From contig CBDCXV010000011.1 in NCBI GenBank assembly GCA_965223905.1, forward strand, positions 1,856,001 through 1,920,000: a stretch of DNA of 64,000 nucleotides, in the 5' to 3' direction. The position numbers and the translations under genes were made by a program. Positions 1-9,505 of this stretch are shown here, one piece after another (the stretch's first letter is position 1; every line of letters begins with the position of its first letter). The notes under the pieces are model-generated. The model did not search any database, was not told the origin of the DNA, and saw only the letters and a program-made list of their open reading frames with translations. The DNA comes from Candidatus Latescibacterota bacterium (GTDB lineage: Bacteria; Latescibacterota; UBA2968; UBA8231).

Positions 1-52
1 TTTCGTTGCCATGTCGTTCTCTTTCTCGTCAATGGGTCGATGGCTGGTTTAT

Positions 53-137
53 TGGTGCGGAAGCGGGGATTCGAACCCCGACGCCCGAAGGCACTGCCCC
101 CTCAAGACAGCGTGTCTACCAATTCCACCACTTCCGC
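53..137 (-). tRNA. tRNA-Leu(GAG)
   Basis: Reverse complement reads GCGGAAGTGGTGGAATTGGTAGACACGCTGTCTTGAGGGGGCAG...GGTTCGAATCCCCGCTTCCGCACCA: long variable arm, GAG anticodon, encoded CCA. Lies after secG, the usual secG-leuU arrangement. Confidence 0.95.
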
Positions 138-165
138 ACGATTCCGAAATCCCCCGGGGGATTCG

Positions 166-570
166 CTACTCCTGCGAGCCTTCGCCCGCCGCCGGCTTCG
201 CGGCGTCGGTTCCGCCCCCGAGCACGGACGGATTCTCGACCTCATCACCGATGGTTTCCTCGAAATCCGGGAGCTGACTCTGCGGCACCCCGCCTTCCTG
301 CAGCATTCTCTCTGTAGCCGTCATCGGCTGTTCGTCGGAGCTGCTCCACATGAACGACTGCACGAGGCAGCTGACCAGGAATGCCGTTGCGAGCGCGCTG
401 GTCGTTTTCGAGAGAAAGGTCGCCGCGGTGCGGCCGCCGAGAACCGAAGACGAAGCCAACCCCCCTCCGACGGAGGCGGCCAAACCGCCGCCCTTGCCCG
501 ATTGCATGAGCACGGCAACGATGAGGAGGATGGCGATCAGAACGTGAAGAATCGTGAGCAGGACAATCAT
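166..570 (-). CDS. secG: Preprotein translocase subunit SecG
   Basis: N-terminal TM segment then VLMQSGKGGGL, second TM after FLSKTT; follows tpiA. Confidence 0.93.
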   Translation of the reverse strand: MIVLLTILHVLIAILLIVAVLMQSGKGGGLAASVGGGLASSSVLGGRTAATFLSKTTSALATAFLVSCLVQSFMWSSSDEQPMTATERMLQEGGVPQSQLPDFEETIGDEVENPSVLGGGTDAAKPAAGEGSQE

Positions 571-574
571 GACG

Positions 575-1336
575 TCACTCCGCGGCCCGGACTATCGCGG
601 AAAAACTCCCCGCTTCAAGGGATGCTCCGCCAACGAGGCCGCCATCGATATTTTCGCGTGCGAAAAGGTCCTTAGCATTGTCTGGTTTGACACTCCCGCC
701 GTACAGAATGCGAACTTGCTGGGCCACGCTTTGGCCCCAGTGGCGGCAAATTGAATCTCTGATAAGTCGGTGAAGGTCGTCCGCCTGCTCGGGGGTGGCG
801 GTTCTACCGGTGCCGATAGCCCACACCGGCTCGTAGGCGATAACGGTTCGCGGGATGTCGTCGGAGGGAATCTCTTCCAGGGCCGCCTGCAGCTGTCCGA
901 GAACGACTGCCTCAGTGCGACCGCCCTCTCGCTCTGCCAGCGTTTCGCCGATGCACAAGAGAGGTGAGAGGCCGAAGTATAACGCGGCCTTCAATTTCCG
1001 ATTGACGGCCGCGTCGGTTTCGGCGAACGACTGCCGTCTTTCAGAGTGACCTAAAATAACGTGGGTGCAACCACTGGTCAACAACATGGGAGCCGAGATC
1101 TCACCGGTGAACGCCCCGGTTTCTTCCCAGTGCATGTTCTGCGCCCCGAGAGAAATCGCGCTCTCTTTCAAGGCGTTCCGGACCTGGAACAGGGAGGTGT
1201 GCGGAGGGCAGACGACTACGTCGCGAGAGATGCAGAACGCTTCGATTCGGCCGCGCAGATCCGCTGCAAGGCAAGCGGCCTCGGGACCGGTTTTGTGCAT
1301 CTTCCAGTTTGCGGCTATCAGAGGCTGGCGCTTCAT
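575..1336 (-). CDS. tpiA: Triosephosphate isomerase
   Basis: AANWKM, ILGHSERR, AYEPVWAIGTG, LYGGSV and GLVGGASL motifs. Confidence 0.98.
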   Translation of the reverse strand: MKRQPLIAANWKMHKTGPEAACLAADLRGRIEAFCISRDVVVCPPHTSLFQVRNALKESAISLGAQNMHWEETGAFTGEISAPMLLTSGCTHVILGHSERRQSFAETDAAVNRKLKAALYFGLSPLLCIGETLAEREGGRTEAVVLGQLQAALEEIPSDDIPRTVIAYEPVWAIGTGRTATPEQADDLHRLIRDSICRHWGQSVAQQVRILYGGSVKPDNAKDLFARENIDGGLVGGASLEAGSFSAIVRAAE

Positions 1337-1617
1337 GGACGGGACCTACCGCTGCCTTGCGACAGGCGGCTGTGCTAGTGCCTGCGCGCGCAATTCCGCG
1401 TGAATTCCGCCGCCGCTGCATCTTGAGGGGAAATCGCGGTTCAATCCAAACCAGTTCATCTGTGCGATTTTACCCTAAATCCCATCTCACGGCGGTGCCT
1501 TCGCTCGCCGTACACCCCCGGTACGGCACGCTCAGGTTCCTTGCGAGCCGGGCGCTTCGGCGAAAGGACGCAGTTGGTCCTCGCCCTCGTTCGTAACTCT
1601 TCTTACGCCCGCAGACA

Positions 1618-2817
1618 CTAGCCGTCTGAAAGAGCTGCCGCTCCCGGCAGCTCTAAACCGGCGAGGCATTCGAGGGAAGCGCCCCCCCCGGTAGAGACGT
1701 GGGTCATGCGGTCGGCTACCCCGGCCTTCGCCACCGCGGCCGCGGTGTCCCCTCCTCCGATGATGGTCACCGCGCCCGATTCCCAGCCGGCCCGTTCCAG
1801 GCAGCGGGCCATCGAGAGCGTAGCGTTCGCGAACGGCTCTACCTCGAAAACACCCAGGGGTCCGTTCCAGACGACGGTGCCCGCCTTGCTTGCCCGGTCT
1901 TCGAACAGGGAGCTCGTTTCCGGTCCCACATCCAGCCCCTGCAGGCCTTCCGGGATGGCGGCGGCGGCGACTACCTCGGTATCGACACCCGCGGCGATGC
2001 GGCCGGCTACGACGAGGTCCACCGGCAGCAGCAACTCGACGCCACTGCTTTCCGCCTGGGACAGCAGCTCGCCAGCCACCGCCACGGACTCCGGGTCGAA
2101 CAGGGAGTCCCCGATCTCCAGCCCCCGTGCTTTCAGAAAGGTGTACGACATGCCGCCGCCAATGAGCAGGGTGTCGACTTTGGTCATCAGGTTGCGGATC
2201 ACCTCGATCTTGTCGGGCACCTTGGCACCCCCCAGGATTGCGATAAAGGGCCTCTGGGGATCGGCGATGGCGTCCTGGAGGTACTGCAGCTCCCTTTTCA
2301 TCAGGTAGCCGCTGATTGCCTCGTCGAAAAAATGGGTTACTCCCTCCGTGGAAGCGTGGGCGCGATGGGCGGCGCCGAATGCGTCGTTGACGTAGAGATC
2401 CCCAAGGCCGGCCAGCTGCCGCGCGAAATCGGGGTCGTTCTCCTCTTCTTCGGGGTGGAAGCGCAGGTTCTCCAGCAGGATCACATGCCCAGGCTTGAGG
2501 TCCGCGGCCATGCGCCGCGTTTCTTCGCCGATGCAGTCCGGCGCCAGGTGGACCGAGGTTCCCAGCAGCTGATGCAACAGGCTGGCCACCGGCGCGAGCG
2601 TGAGGTCGGGCCGGTGCTGTCCCCTGGGGCGGCCGAGGTGGGACATCAGCACGAGCGAGGCCCCCTTTTCCAGAAGACGCCACAGGGTCGGCAGCGCCGC
2701 CTTCACGCGCGTGTCGTCGGTAATGTTGCGGTCGGCGTCTATCGGCACGTTGAAATCGACACGCACCAGGACGCGCTTGCCGGCTACATCGGCGTCGTCA
2801 ATCGTTTTTTTCGGCAT
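1618..2817 (-). CDS. pgk: Phosphoglycerate kinase
   Basis: RVDFNVP, SHLGRP, LENLRF, DAFGAAHRAHAS and HVSTGGGASL motifs; start taken at MPKKT (ATG 2817). Confidence 0.97.
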   Translation of the reverse strand: MPKKTIDDADVAGKRVLVRVDFNVPIDADRNITDDTRVKAALPTLWRLLEKGASLVLMSHLGRPRGQHRPDLTLAPVASLLHQLLGTSVHLAPDCIGEETRRMAADLKPGHVILLENLRFHPEEEENDPDFARQLAGLGDLYVNDAFGAAHRAHASTEGVTHFFDEAISGYLMKRELQYLQDAIADPQRPFIAILGGAKVPDKIEVIRNLMTKVDTLLIGGGMSYTFLKARGLEIGDSLFDPESVAVAGELLSQAESSGVELLLPVDLVVAGRIAAGVDTEVVAAAAIPEGLQGLDVGPETSSLFEDRASKAGTVVWNGPLGVFEVEPFANATLSMARCLERAGWESGAVTIIGGGDTAAAVAKAGVADRMTHVSTGGGASLECLAGLELPGAAALSDG

Positions 2818-2879
2818 GGGCTTTCTCCGCGGGCTACTGCCCGGCCTTGCCATTGAAAACAGTGTTCATATTCGCTGAG

Positions 2880-3959
2880 TCACCCGAAAAAAACTCGCGC
2901 GATGTCGAAAAGATCCTCACCCACCATCTTCAGCTCTCCGATCCCTTCCCCGAGGGGGATGGGCACGATCTCATTTCCCTGCAGGCTCACCATCTTGCCG
3001 AAATCGCCGGCGGCGACCAAGTCTATGGCGGCGATCCCGAACCGGGTTCCCAGAACGCGATCGAAAGCCGTCGGGGTGCCGCCGCGCTGCAAATGACCCA
3101 GAACGGTAACCCTGGTTTCGTAGCCTGTCCGCTTTTCGATCTCCTCCCCCACCAGGTGTCCCACCCCGCCCAGTTTCAGGTGGCCGAACTCGTCCTTGCC
3201 CTGCGATGAAACCACGTGGTCGTCCGTTCCCTCGATCTTCACTCCCTCCGCAACCACGACGATGCTGAAGTCCTTCCCGCGCTCGTGGCGCTTCTGAATC
3301 GACGCGACGATCTCGGTGATCGAGTACGCCTGTTCGGGGATCAGGATCATGTCTGCTCCCCCGGCGATGCCGGCGTGGACGGCAATCCAGCCGCTGTGCC
3401 TTCCCATCACTTCGACGACCATCACCCTGTTGTGGGATTCGGCGGTCGTGTGAATGCGATCCAGCGCCTCGGTGACGATATTGACCGCGGTGTCGAAACC
3501 GAAGGTGTAGTCCGTTTTGCTGATGTCGTTGTCGATTGTCTTGGGGACCCCGACCACCGGAGCATCCATCTCCGTGAGCTGGTGTGCGACCGTAAGGGTG
3601 TCGTCCCCCCCTATGGCGATCAGGGCGTCGAGCTTCATACGCTTGATGTTTTCGACGACGATATCGCCGCCGTCGGGATCCTTGAACGGGTTGGTTCTCG
3701 AAGTACCCAGTATGGTCCCGCCTCGCGGCAGGATGCCGGAGATCTCCTCGAGCCCGATGGGCAGCCACTGGCACTCGAGCATTCCCCTCCAGCCGAGTAG
3801 CACCCCGCGGAAGCGGTACCCGTACTCGACGATACCTTTGCGAACTGCGGCGCGAATGACGGCATTCAGTCCGGGACAGTCGCCACCTCCGGTAAGAATT
3901 CCGACCGTCTTATTCGGCAATTCCACTCCTGTTTCTGCAAAATGCGTCGGAAAATCCAC
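2880..3959 (-). CDS. pfkA: 6-phosphofructokinase (PfkA family, PPi-type signature residues)
   Basis: TGGGDCPGLNAVIR, GGTILGTSR, IGGDDT, PKTIDND, EVMGR and LGHLQRGG motifs. Confidence 0.93.
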   Translation of the reverse strand: MDFPTHFAETGVELPNKTVGILTGGGDCPGLNAVIRAAVRKGIVEYGYRFRGVLLGWRGMLECQWLPIGLEEISGILPRGGTILGTSRTNPFKDPDGGDIVVENIKRMKLDALIAIGGDDTLTVAHQLTEMDAPVVGVPKTIDNDISKTDYTFGFDTAVNIVTEALDRIHTTAESHNRVMVVEVMGRHSGWIAVHAGIAGGADMILIPEQAYSITEIVASIQKRHERGKDFSIVVVAEGVKIEGTDDHVVSSQGKDEFGHLKLGGVGHLVGEEIEKRTGYETRVTVLGHLQRGGTPTAFDRVLGTRFGIAAIDLVAAGDFGKMVSLQGNEIVPIPLGEGIGELKMVGEDLFDIARVFFG

Positions 3960-4106
3960 CTCGGGAGCGAGCCCCCTCTCGGATGGGTTTCCTCTCCTTC
4001 AGGAGGGGGCGATAAATCCTCGTCCCTCGCGCCCTGCGGCAGCGGGGACGCCCCTCGATGGCCCCCGGAAAACCGCTGTCCGGCAGGGCGATGCGAGAGG
4101 GCGGCA

Positions 4107-4135
4107 ATTCTATCTCGCCCTGTGGATAACGTCAA
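4107..4135 (-). promoter_or_regulatory. Sigma70-type promoter for pfkA with a perfect DnaA box in the spacer
   Basis: Minus strand reads TTGACG-N17-TAGAAT; the spacer begins with TTATCCACA (4121-4129). Confidence 0.65.
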
Positions 4136-4150
4136 GACGGACGGGGACTT

Positions 4151-4963
4151 TCAGGCTCCTTTCAAAGGTGCCGAAGCGAGCGCCAGGACGACCACGGAAG
4201 CCCCCCGTGCGGCGAGGGTTTCCGCGCATGCCCCGATGGTCGAGCCGGTCGTTATCACATCGTCGACCAGGCCCGCGACAACCCCTCGAGGGAGGGCGGA
4301 TGCCGCGAATGCGGAGCTGAGGTTTTGCATCCGTTCCGCCGCCGTCAACTTCGCCTGCTGACGAGTCGCCACGACCCTCCTGACCTTGTCCGCGGCGACC
4401 GGCTTGCCGCTTGCCGCGGCGATGCCGCGGGCAATGAGCAGGCTCTGGTTGAACCCGCGCTCCCGCAGCCGGGTCGGGTGAAGCGGTACCGGGACCAGCA
4501 GGTCGATGCATCCGAGCTCCTCGAACCCGGGCAGTGAGGCCAGGTGCATGCCCAACTCCACGGCCAGCCTGCGATGGCCGGCGAACTTGATCGCATGGAC
4601 GGCCTCCCTCAGGGCGCCTGCGAACGGCCCCAGCACCAGGGCGCGCTCGATCACCGGAGGCCAGTTCCGGCACTGGGAACAGTCCTTCAGGGAAGAACCG
4701 GGGTCTCCGGGCAACGCGCCGGTCCGCACACGAACGCCGCTGCAGCGAGGACACCGGTTCGCAAGAGGCTGGACGATCTCATCGCGGCAGGAAGGACACA
4801 GGGCCTGTTCCAGCGAAACGACGGGCTCGCGGCAGACTGCGCAGTGCGGCGGGTAGACGAAATCGAGCAGACACCTGGCGCCGGCGCGAAGAGTGTGTGC
4901 GATCCGCGTCGCCGCTGTTTCCGATGCGTCGCACTCCTGGGCGGCGTGGGAGTTGCTGGCCAT
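4151..4963 (-). CDS. comF: ComF family protein (zinc ribbon + phosphoribosyltransferase domain)
   Basis: YPPHCAVC...CPSC...CPRC cysteine pairs, PVPLH, RGFNQS and LVDDVITTGST motifs. Confidence 0.9.
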   Translation of the reverse strand: MASNSHAAQECDASETAATRIAHTLRAGARCLLDFVYPPHCAVCREPVVSLEQALCPSCRDEIVQPLANRCPRCSGVRVRTGALPGDPGSSLKDCSQCRNWPPVIERALVLGPFAGALREAVHAIKFAGHRRLAVELGMHLASLPGFEELGCIDLLVPVPLHPTRLRERGFNQSLLIARGIAAASGKPVAADKVRRVVATRQQAKLTAAERMQNLSSAFAASALPRGVVAGLVDDVITTGSTIGACAETLAARGASVVVLALASAPLKGA

Positions 4964-5124
4964 GGCGGGGAGATCGCATCAACAACCGTGCCCGGCCGGG
5001 AATTCCGCGCCGCCTGACTCCCTCCCACACACCAACCGACCCGGGATGGCTTTTTCCGGTATTCCCTCTCCTCCTCATCCCATTTCCGCGTGAATCGGGG
5101 GTTTTTTAAGGTTGCTGCATGAAA

Positions 5125-5154
5125 TTGACGGCGAGGTCGCAGGACCGTTATGCT
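5125..5154 (+). promoter_or_regulatory. Putative sigma70 promoter of the M16 peptidase gene
   Basis: TTGACG-N18-TATGCT; favours the ATG at 5207 as start. Confidence 0.45.
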
Positions 5155-5206
5155 CTTCCACTCCGCATCCCACTCACCACAGCGAAGTCACCCGAGAGCA
5201 ACCAGC

Positions 5207-8125
5207 ATGACCCGATCGTTGGCCCTGGCATGGCGGATCGCGGCCGCGCTCGCCGTCGCCATCCCCTCCTGGTCACAGCCGAAGCTCATCGAGGCGCCGG
5301 ATCCGTCGGACCCGATGGCCGTTCACGTCTACCGCCTGAAGAACGGCCTGACCGTATATCTCAGCGAAAACGATCAGAAACCCCGGTTTCACGCCGAGAC
5401 CGCCGTCAGGGCGGGCAGCAAGCACGACCCCGGAATATCTACCGGGATCGCCCATTACCTCGAGCACATGCTGTTCAAGGGCACGACTCGTCTCGGCACC
5501 CTCTATTACGAGGCGGAGCGCGTCCATCTCGACAGCATCGTAACCCTCTACGAACGCCGCTTCGCCGAGACCGATTCGACGCAGCGCCGGAAGCTCTACG
5601 CCCTGATCAACGAACAAGGACAGCTCGGATCGCGGCACGCCGTCCCCGGCGAGCTGGACCGGGTCTACGCCTCCCTCGGGGCGGAGGGTCTCAACGCCCA
5701 CACCTGGTTCGAAGAGACGGTGTACAAGGTCGACCTGCCGGCGAATCGACTCCCCCAATGGGCACGGTTGGAAGCGGAGCGCTTCTCGCAACCGGTTTTC
5801 AGACTGTTCCAGACCGAGCTCGAAACCGTGTACGAGGAGAAGAACCGCTCGCTCGACAACAAGGACCGGCTCATCCGGGAGGCGGTGAACCGCCGCCTCT
5901 ACAAGGTTCATCCCTACGGGCAGCAGACGACTCTCGGCTCGGTGGAACACCTGAAGAACCCGTCCCTCAAGCTGATGTACGAGTATTTCCGGACCTGGTA
6001 CGTTCCGAACAACATGGCGGTAATCGTCTCGGGGGACATCGACATCGAGGAGACGATCGCCCTGATCGAGCGCGAGTTCTCCAACTGGGAACCGCGCCGG
6101 CTTCCGAAGCGGAGGAAGTGGAAAGAGAAGAAGCTGAAGGAAGTCGAACGCGTCGAGGTGGTCTACCCTGGAGAGGAGTACGTTCTGCTTGCGTTCCGCA
6201 CCGCTGCGAGCACCCACAAGCAGACCGAGGCGCTGCAGGTGCTCGATTACATCCTCGACAACGCCACCGCCGGCCTCATCAACCTCAACCTCAACCAGAA
6301 GCAGCGGGTGCGGCGCGCCGGCTCCTGGACGACGTCCCACCACAACAGCAACGACTACGGAGCCCAGTATCTGTACGGAGTCCCCAAGGAGGGACAGAGC
6401 CTGGAGGAAGTCGAGGCGCTCCTGCTCGAGCAGGTGGAGTTGATCAAGTCGGGGGAGTTCGAAGACTGGATCATTCCCGCCATCGTCACCGACTGGAAGA
6501 AGGAGTACCGCAGGAAGCTCGAGGCGAACAGCTCGCGAGTCGGACTGATGAACGAGGCGTTCCTGTCTTTCCGGAAGTGGAACCACGCCCGCCGCAAGCT
6601 CGAACGCATGGCCAGCCTGCGCCGGAAGGACATCGTCAAGGTGGCGAAGAAGTACTTCAGCGATGGCTACGTCGCCGGCTACCGCCGCGACGGCGATCCG
6701 GAAGTTCCCAGGATCGAGAAACCGGAACTGGACGCCATCGACATCGACCCCTCGAAGCAGTCCCCTTTCGCCGCCGAAATCCTCGCGCTTCCGAGTGAGG
6801 AGATCGAACCGGTGTTCGTGGTACCCGGCAGGGATTTCACCAGGAAGAAGCTGCGCGACGGAGTCGATCTGTACTACGCCGCCAACCCCCTGAACGACCT
6901 CTTTTCCTTCGAGATATCGGTCGACGTCGGCAAGCTGACGGACGAGCGGCTGGGGGTGGCCGGGCGGCTCCTCGACAAGTCGGGTGCCGGGGAGTTGAGC
7001 GCCGGGGACCTGAAGAAGGAGTGGTACCGCCTGGGAACGGAGTTCTCCTTCTCCCCGGGCAGCCACGCGACGAGCATCTCCATCTCCGGGCTGGACGAAA
7101 ACTTCGCAGCCTCCATCGATCTGATGGTAGCGGCCCTGAGCCGGGCCGCGGCCCCGGACAGCACCCTTGGGGAGCTGATCGGCATCATCCTGGCACAGCG
7201 GCAGGACGCGGTAAAGGATCACAACACCGTTCACCGTGCCCTGTTCCGCTACAACCGCCATGGAGACAACTCCTCCTTCCTGCGGGTCGTTCCGAACGAG
7301 CGGCTCCGGCGCCTGACAGTAGGGGAATTGCACGGGCTAGTTGCGAGCCTGTTGTCCTACGAGCACGACCTGTCGTATACGGGGTCGCTGCCGCTCGAGG
7401 AGATTACGGCGACGCTGTCGCAACGGTACCCGCCCATGACAGCCCAACTGAAACCTCCCCCCCCGTTCGAGGCCCTGGAGATACGCCGTCCAGAGGAGAC
7501 CGAAATCCTGTTTTTCGACAAGGAGATGGCCCAGGCCCTGGTGCGCATCGAATCCGGCGGCGAGACCTACGGCGAAAACAGGCGCCCCCAGATCGACCTC
7601 TTCAACGAGTATTTCTACGGCGGTATGGCCGGAATCGTCTTCCAGGAACTCAGGGAAGCCAGGGCCCTGGCGTACTCGACCTGGGCCTGGCTGTTCCCGG
7701 GAACCCGCAAGGGGGATTTCGACCTGTTCTCCGCCTTCATCGGCTGCCAGGCGGACAAGACCCCCGAAGCGGTCGGGGCGTTCCTCGAGCTGATCGACGA
7801 CATCCCCGCCTCGAAAGAGCGCTTCGCCGCGGCGCGAAAGGCGCTGGTGGAGCAGTACCGCACCCGCAGACTCGGGTTCAGGGACGTGCTGGGGGCGGTG
7901 CACAAGTGGGAACTCCAGGAAGTCCCGGTCGATCCGAGACAACAGCGATTCGAACGGATCCGCTCCTCCTCGCTAGAGCGGCTTCTCGACTACCATGCCG
8001 AGCATATCGGCGGGCGGCCGAAGATGATCTCGGTCGTGGGGGACGGATCGAAGTTCGACCTCGACCGCCTCGGCAGGTACGGCAAGGTGGTTGCCGTCGG
8101 AACCGAGGAAATCTTCGGGTATTGA
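5207..8125 (+). CDS. Secreted M16 (insulinase/PqqL-like) zinc metallopeptidase
   Basis: Signal-peptide-like N-terminus, inverted zinc motif HYLEH, LNAHT, and C-terminal ELREARALAYS. Confidence 0.9.
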   Translation: MTRSLALAWRIAAALAVAIPSWSQPKLIEAPDPSDPMAVHVYRLKNGLTVYLSENDQKPRFHAETAVRAGSKHDPGISTGIAHYLEHMLFKGTTRLGTLYYEAERVHLDSIVTLYERRFAETDSTQRRKLYALINEQGQLGSRHAVPGELDRVYASLGAEGLNAHTWFEETVYKVDLPANRLPQWARLEAERFSQPVFRLFQTELETVYEEKNRSLDNKDRLIREAVNRRLYKVHPYGQQTTLGSVEHLKNPSLKLMYEYFRTWYVPNNMAVIVSGDIDIEETIALIEREFSNWEPRRLPKRRKWKEKKLKEVERVEVVYPGEEYVLLAFRTAASTHKQTEALQVLDYILDNATAGLINLNLNQKQRVRRAGSWTTSHHNSNDYGAQYLYGVPKEGQSLEEVEALLLEQVELIKSGEFEDWIIPAIVTDWKKEYRRKLEANSSRVGLMNEAFLSFRKWNHARRKLERMASLRRKDIVKVAKKYFSDGYVAGYRRDGDPEVPRIEKPELDAIDIDPSKQSPFAAEILALPSEEIEPVFVVPGRDFTRKKLRDGVDLYYAANPLNDLFSFEISVDVGKLTDERLGVAGRLLDKSGAGELSAGDLKKEWYRLGTEFSFSPGSHATSISISGLDENFAASIDLMVAALSRAAAPDSTLGELIGIILAQRQDAVKDHNTVHRALFRYNRHGDNSSFLRVVPNERLRRLTVGELHGLVASLLSYEHDLSYTGSLPLEEITATLSQRYPPMTAQLKPPPPFEALEIRRPEETEILFFDKEMAQALVRIESGGETYGENRRPQIDLFNEYFYGGMAGIVFQELREARALAYSTWAWLFPGTRKGDFDLFSAFIGCQADKTPEAVGAFLELIDDIPASKERFAAARKALVEQYRTRRLGFRDVLGAVHKWELQEVPVDPRQQRFERIRSSSLERLLDYHAEHIGGRPKMISVVGDGSKFDLDRLGRYGKVVAVGTEEIFGY

Positions 8126-8163
8126 AGAACGAGTGCGTCCCGTGGTATTGCCCCGTTCCTTTG

Positions 8164-8192
8164 TTGACAGGAAACAGGGCCCCACCTAGGTT
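8164..8192 (+). promoter_or_regulatory. Sigma70 promoter for tRNA-Met
   Basis: TTGACA-N17-TAGGTT just upstream of the tRNA. Confidence 0.6.
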
Positions 8193-8204
8193 TGCGATTT
8201 TCGG

Positions 8205-8281
8205 GGCGGCGTAGCTCAGTTGGTTAGAGCAGTGGAATCATAATCCACGTGTCGGGGGTTCGAGTCCCTCCGCCGCTACCA
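8205..8281 (+). tRNA. tRNA-Met(CAT), probably elongator
   Basis: GGCGGCGTAGCTCAGTTGGTTAGAGCA-GTGGA-ATCATAA-TCCAC-GTGTCGGGGGTTCGAGTCCCTCCGCCGCTACCA. G1:U72 pair and no triple G-C anticodon stem, so not initiator; Ile2 not formally excluded. Confidence 0.92.
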
Positions 8282-8293
8282 TCGAAACTGTCC

Positions 8294-8327
8294 AAAGGCG
8301 TCGAAGCCGACTCGAGCGCCTTTTTTT
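8294..8327 (+). terminator. Intrinsic terminator after tRNA-Met
   Basis: Imperfect GGCG-TCGA...TCGA-GCGCC hairpin followed by T7. Confidence 0.6.
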
Positions 8328-8664
8328 GTGCCGTTCCCTTCTTCCCCCGGCAACCCGCCGCAGCACCGGACGATCCCCCGCATACGGACTCATTCCCGTT
8401 GCCGGGACCATGGCGATCTCCCGGGACGGATTCGCCCCCTTCGACATCGAGCCCTGCCGGGGTACTCACCGCCGCCAATCTTTGGACGCCCCCTGTCCGG
8501 ATCTCGTTGCAGGGGTTCAGGCAAGGTCATGATCTACAATGGCCAGTGGCTTACGGAGGGAAGCGGCAGGGCAACCTGCGAGCCATAGACCCACAGGAAA
8601 GATCCCTGCGACCGCTTCGGGCCGGGACGCTGGATCCCGCGCCCCCGGCTTTCGCGTCACCCCC

Positions 8665-9459
8665 TCAGGGGCGGTCCACCCAGTGGCGGAAGAGCGGTCT
8701 CACCTCTGCGGGCAGCCGGGCGAACACCTCGGCCGGCACCAGGGGAACCACGTTCTCCGACAGCCCCCCGGCGGTCAGCCGTTCGCGCTCGTCCGATCCG
8801 GGCCGCAAGGAGTCGAGGTTCAGCCACCACGGGGCGAAGCGGATCGGCATGGCCACCCGTGGCTCGCCGGACCGGTTCGGGTTGATGGCGTGCCACAGCC
8901 TGCTGTCCATGACGAGCACGGATCCGGCATCCCCCTCCACGTCGACCTCGTCAGGATGGAGCTGGTTCGGATCGACGCCGGCGTCTCCAGAAGGGTTGTT
9001 GCCGAACCGGTGGGATCCCGGCACCACGAGGGTGCCCGTATCCGCGGTGAATGGGGTGAGCATCCAGATCGTCGTCAGGTGCAGCACGGCATCGGCGTAC
9101 GGCGCCTGAACGTGCCCGGCGTTCTGTTGATTGAACGGCCAGTCGGCGTGCCAGGCCCCCCGTTCGTTGCCCGGATGAGTCACCATGCAGGTGGTGTAGG
9201 ACACCCGCAGGTGCTCCCCCAGCAGCGCCTTGCACAGTCCCAGCAGGCGAGGCTCGGCGAGGTAGGGAGCGAAGGACTGGTCGAAGTTTATCAGTCCGGA
9301 CACCTTGTCGAGGCGGCTGCGCGGATCGGCGATCTTGCGGGCCGCGGCCGTGGCCAGGACGCTGTCGCGCACCCCGCCGACCGCGCCGGCCGGGATCACG
9401 CCTTCGAGCACGCAGAATCCGTCCTCGTCAATCCGGGTCCGGTGCGGGCAGGCGGTCAC
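8665..9459 (-). CDS. Phytanoyl-CoA dioxygenase (PhyH) family Fe(II)/2-oxoglutarate dioxygenase
   Basis: EDGFCVLEGVI, WHAD (HxD), VVPGSH and LWHA...N.S...R motifs. Confidence 0.88.
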   Translation of the reverse strand: MTACPHRTRIDEDGFCVLEGVIPAGAVGGVRDSVLATAAARKIADPRSRLDKVSGLINFDQSFAPYLAEPRLLGLCKALLGEHLRVSYTTCMVTHPGNERGAWHADWPFNQQNAGHVQAPYADAVLHLTTIWMLTPFTADTGTLVVPGSHRFGNNPSGDAGVDPNQLHPDEVDVEGDAGSVLVMDSRLWHAINPNRSGEPRVAMPIRFAPWWLNLDSLRPGSDERERLTAGGLSENVVPLVPAEVFARLPAEVRPLFRHWVDRP

Positions 9460-9505
9460 GGGATCACTGGACCTGGAAAGCGAACAGCCGATTCCACCGC
9501 CCGGG

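Noticed and set aside
1-12. Start of a minus-strand gene (ATG GCA ACG AAA) at the window edge
   Set aside because: Only four codons are visible, so it cannot be supported or identified.
8282-8664. Integrative element at tRNA-Met
   Set aside because: No integrase, no duplicated tRNA 3' end and no compositional shift.
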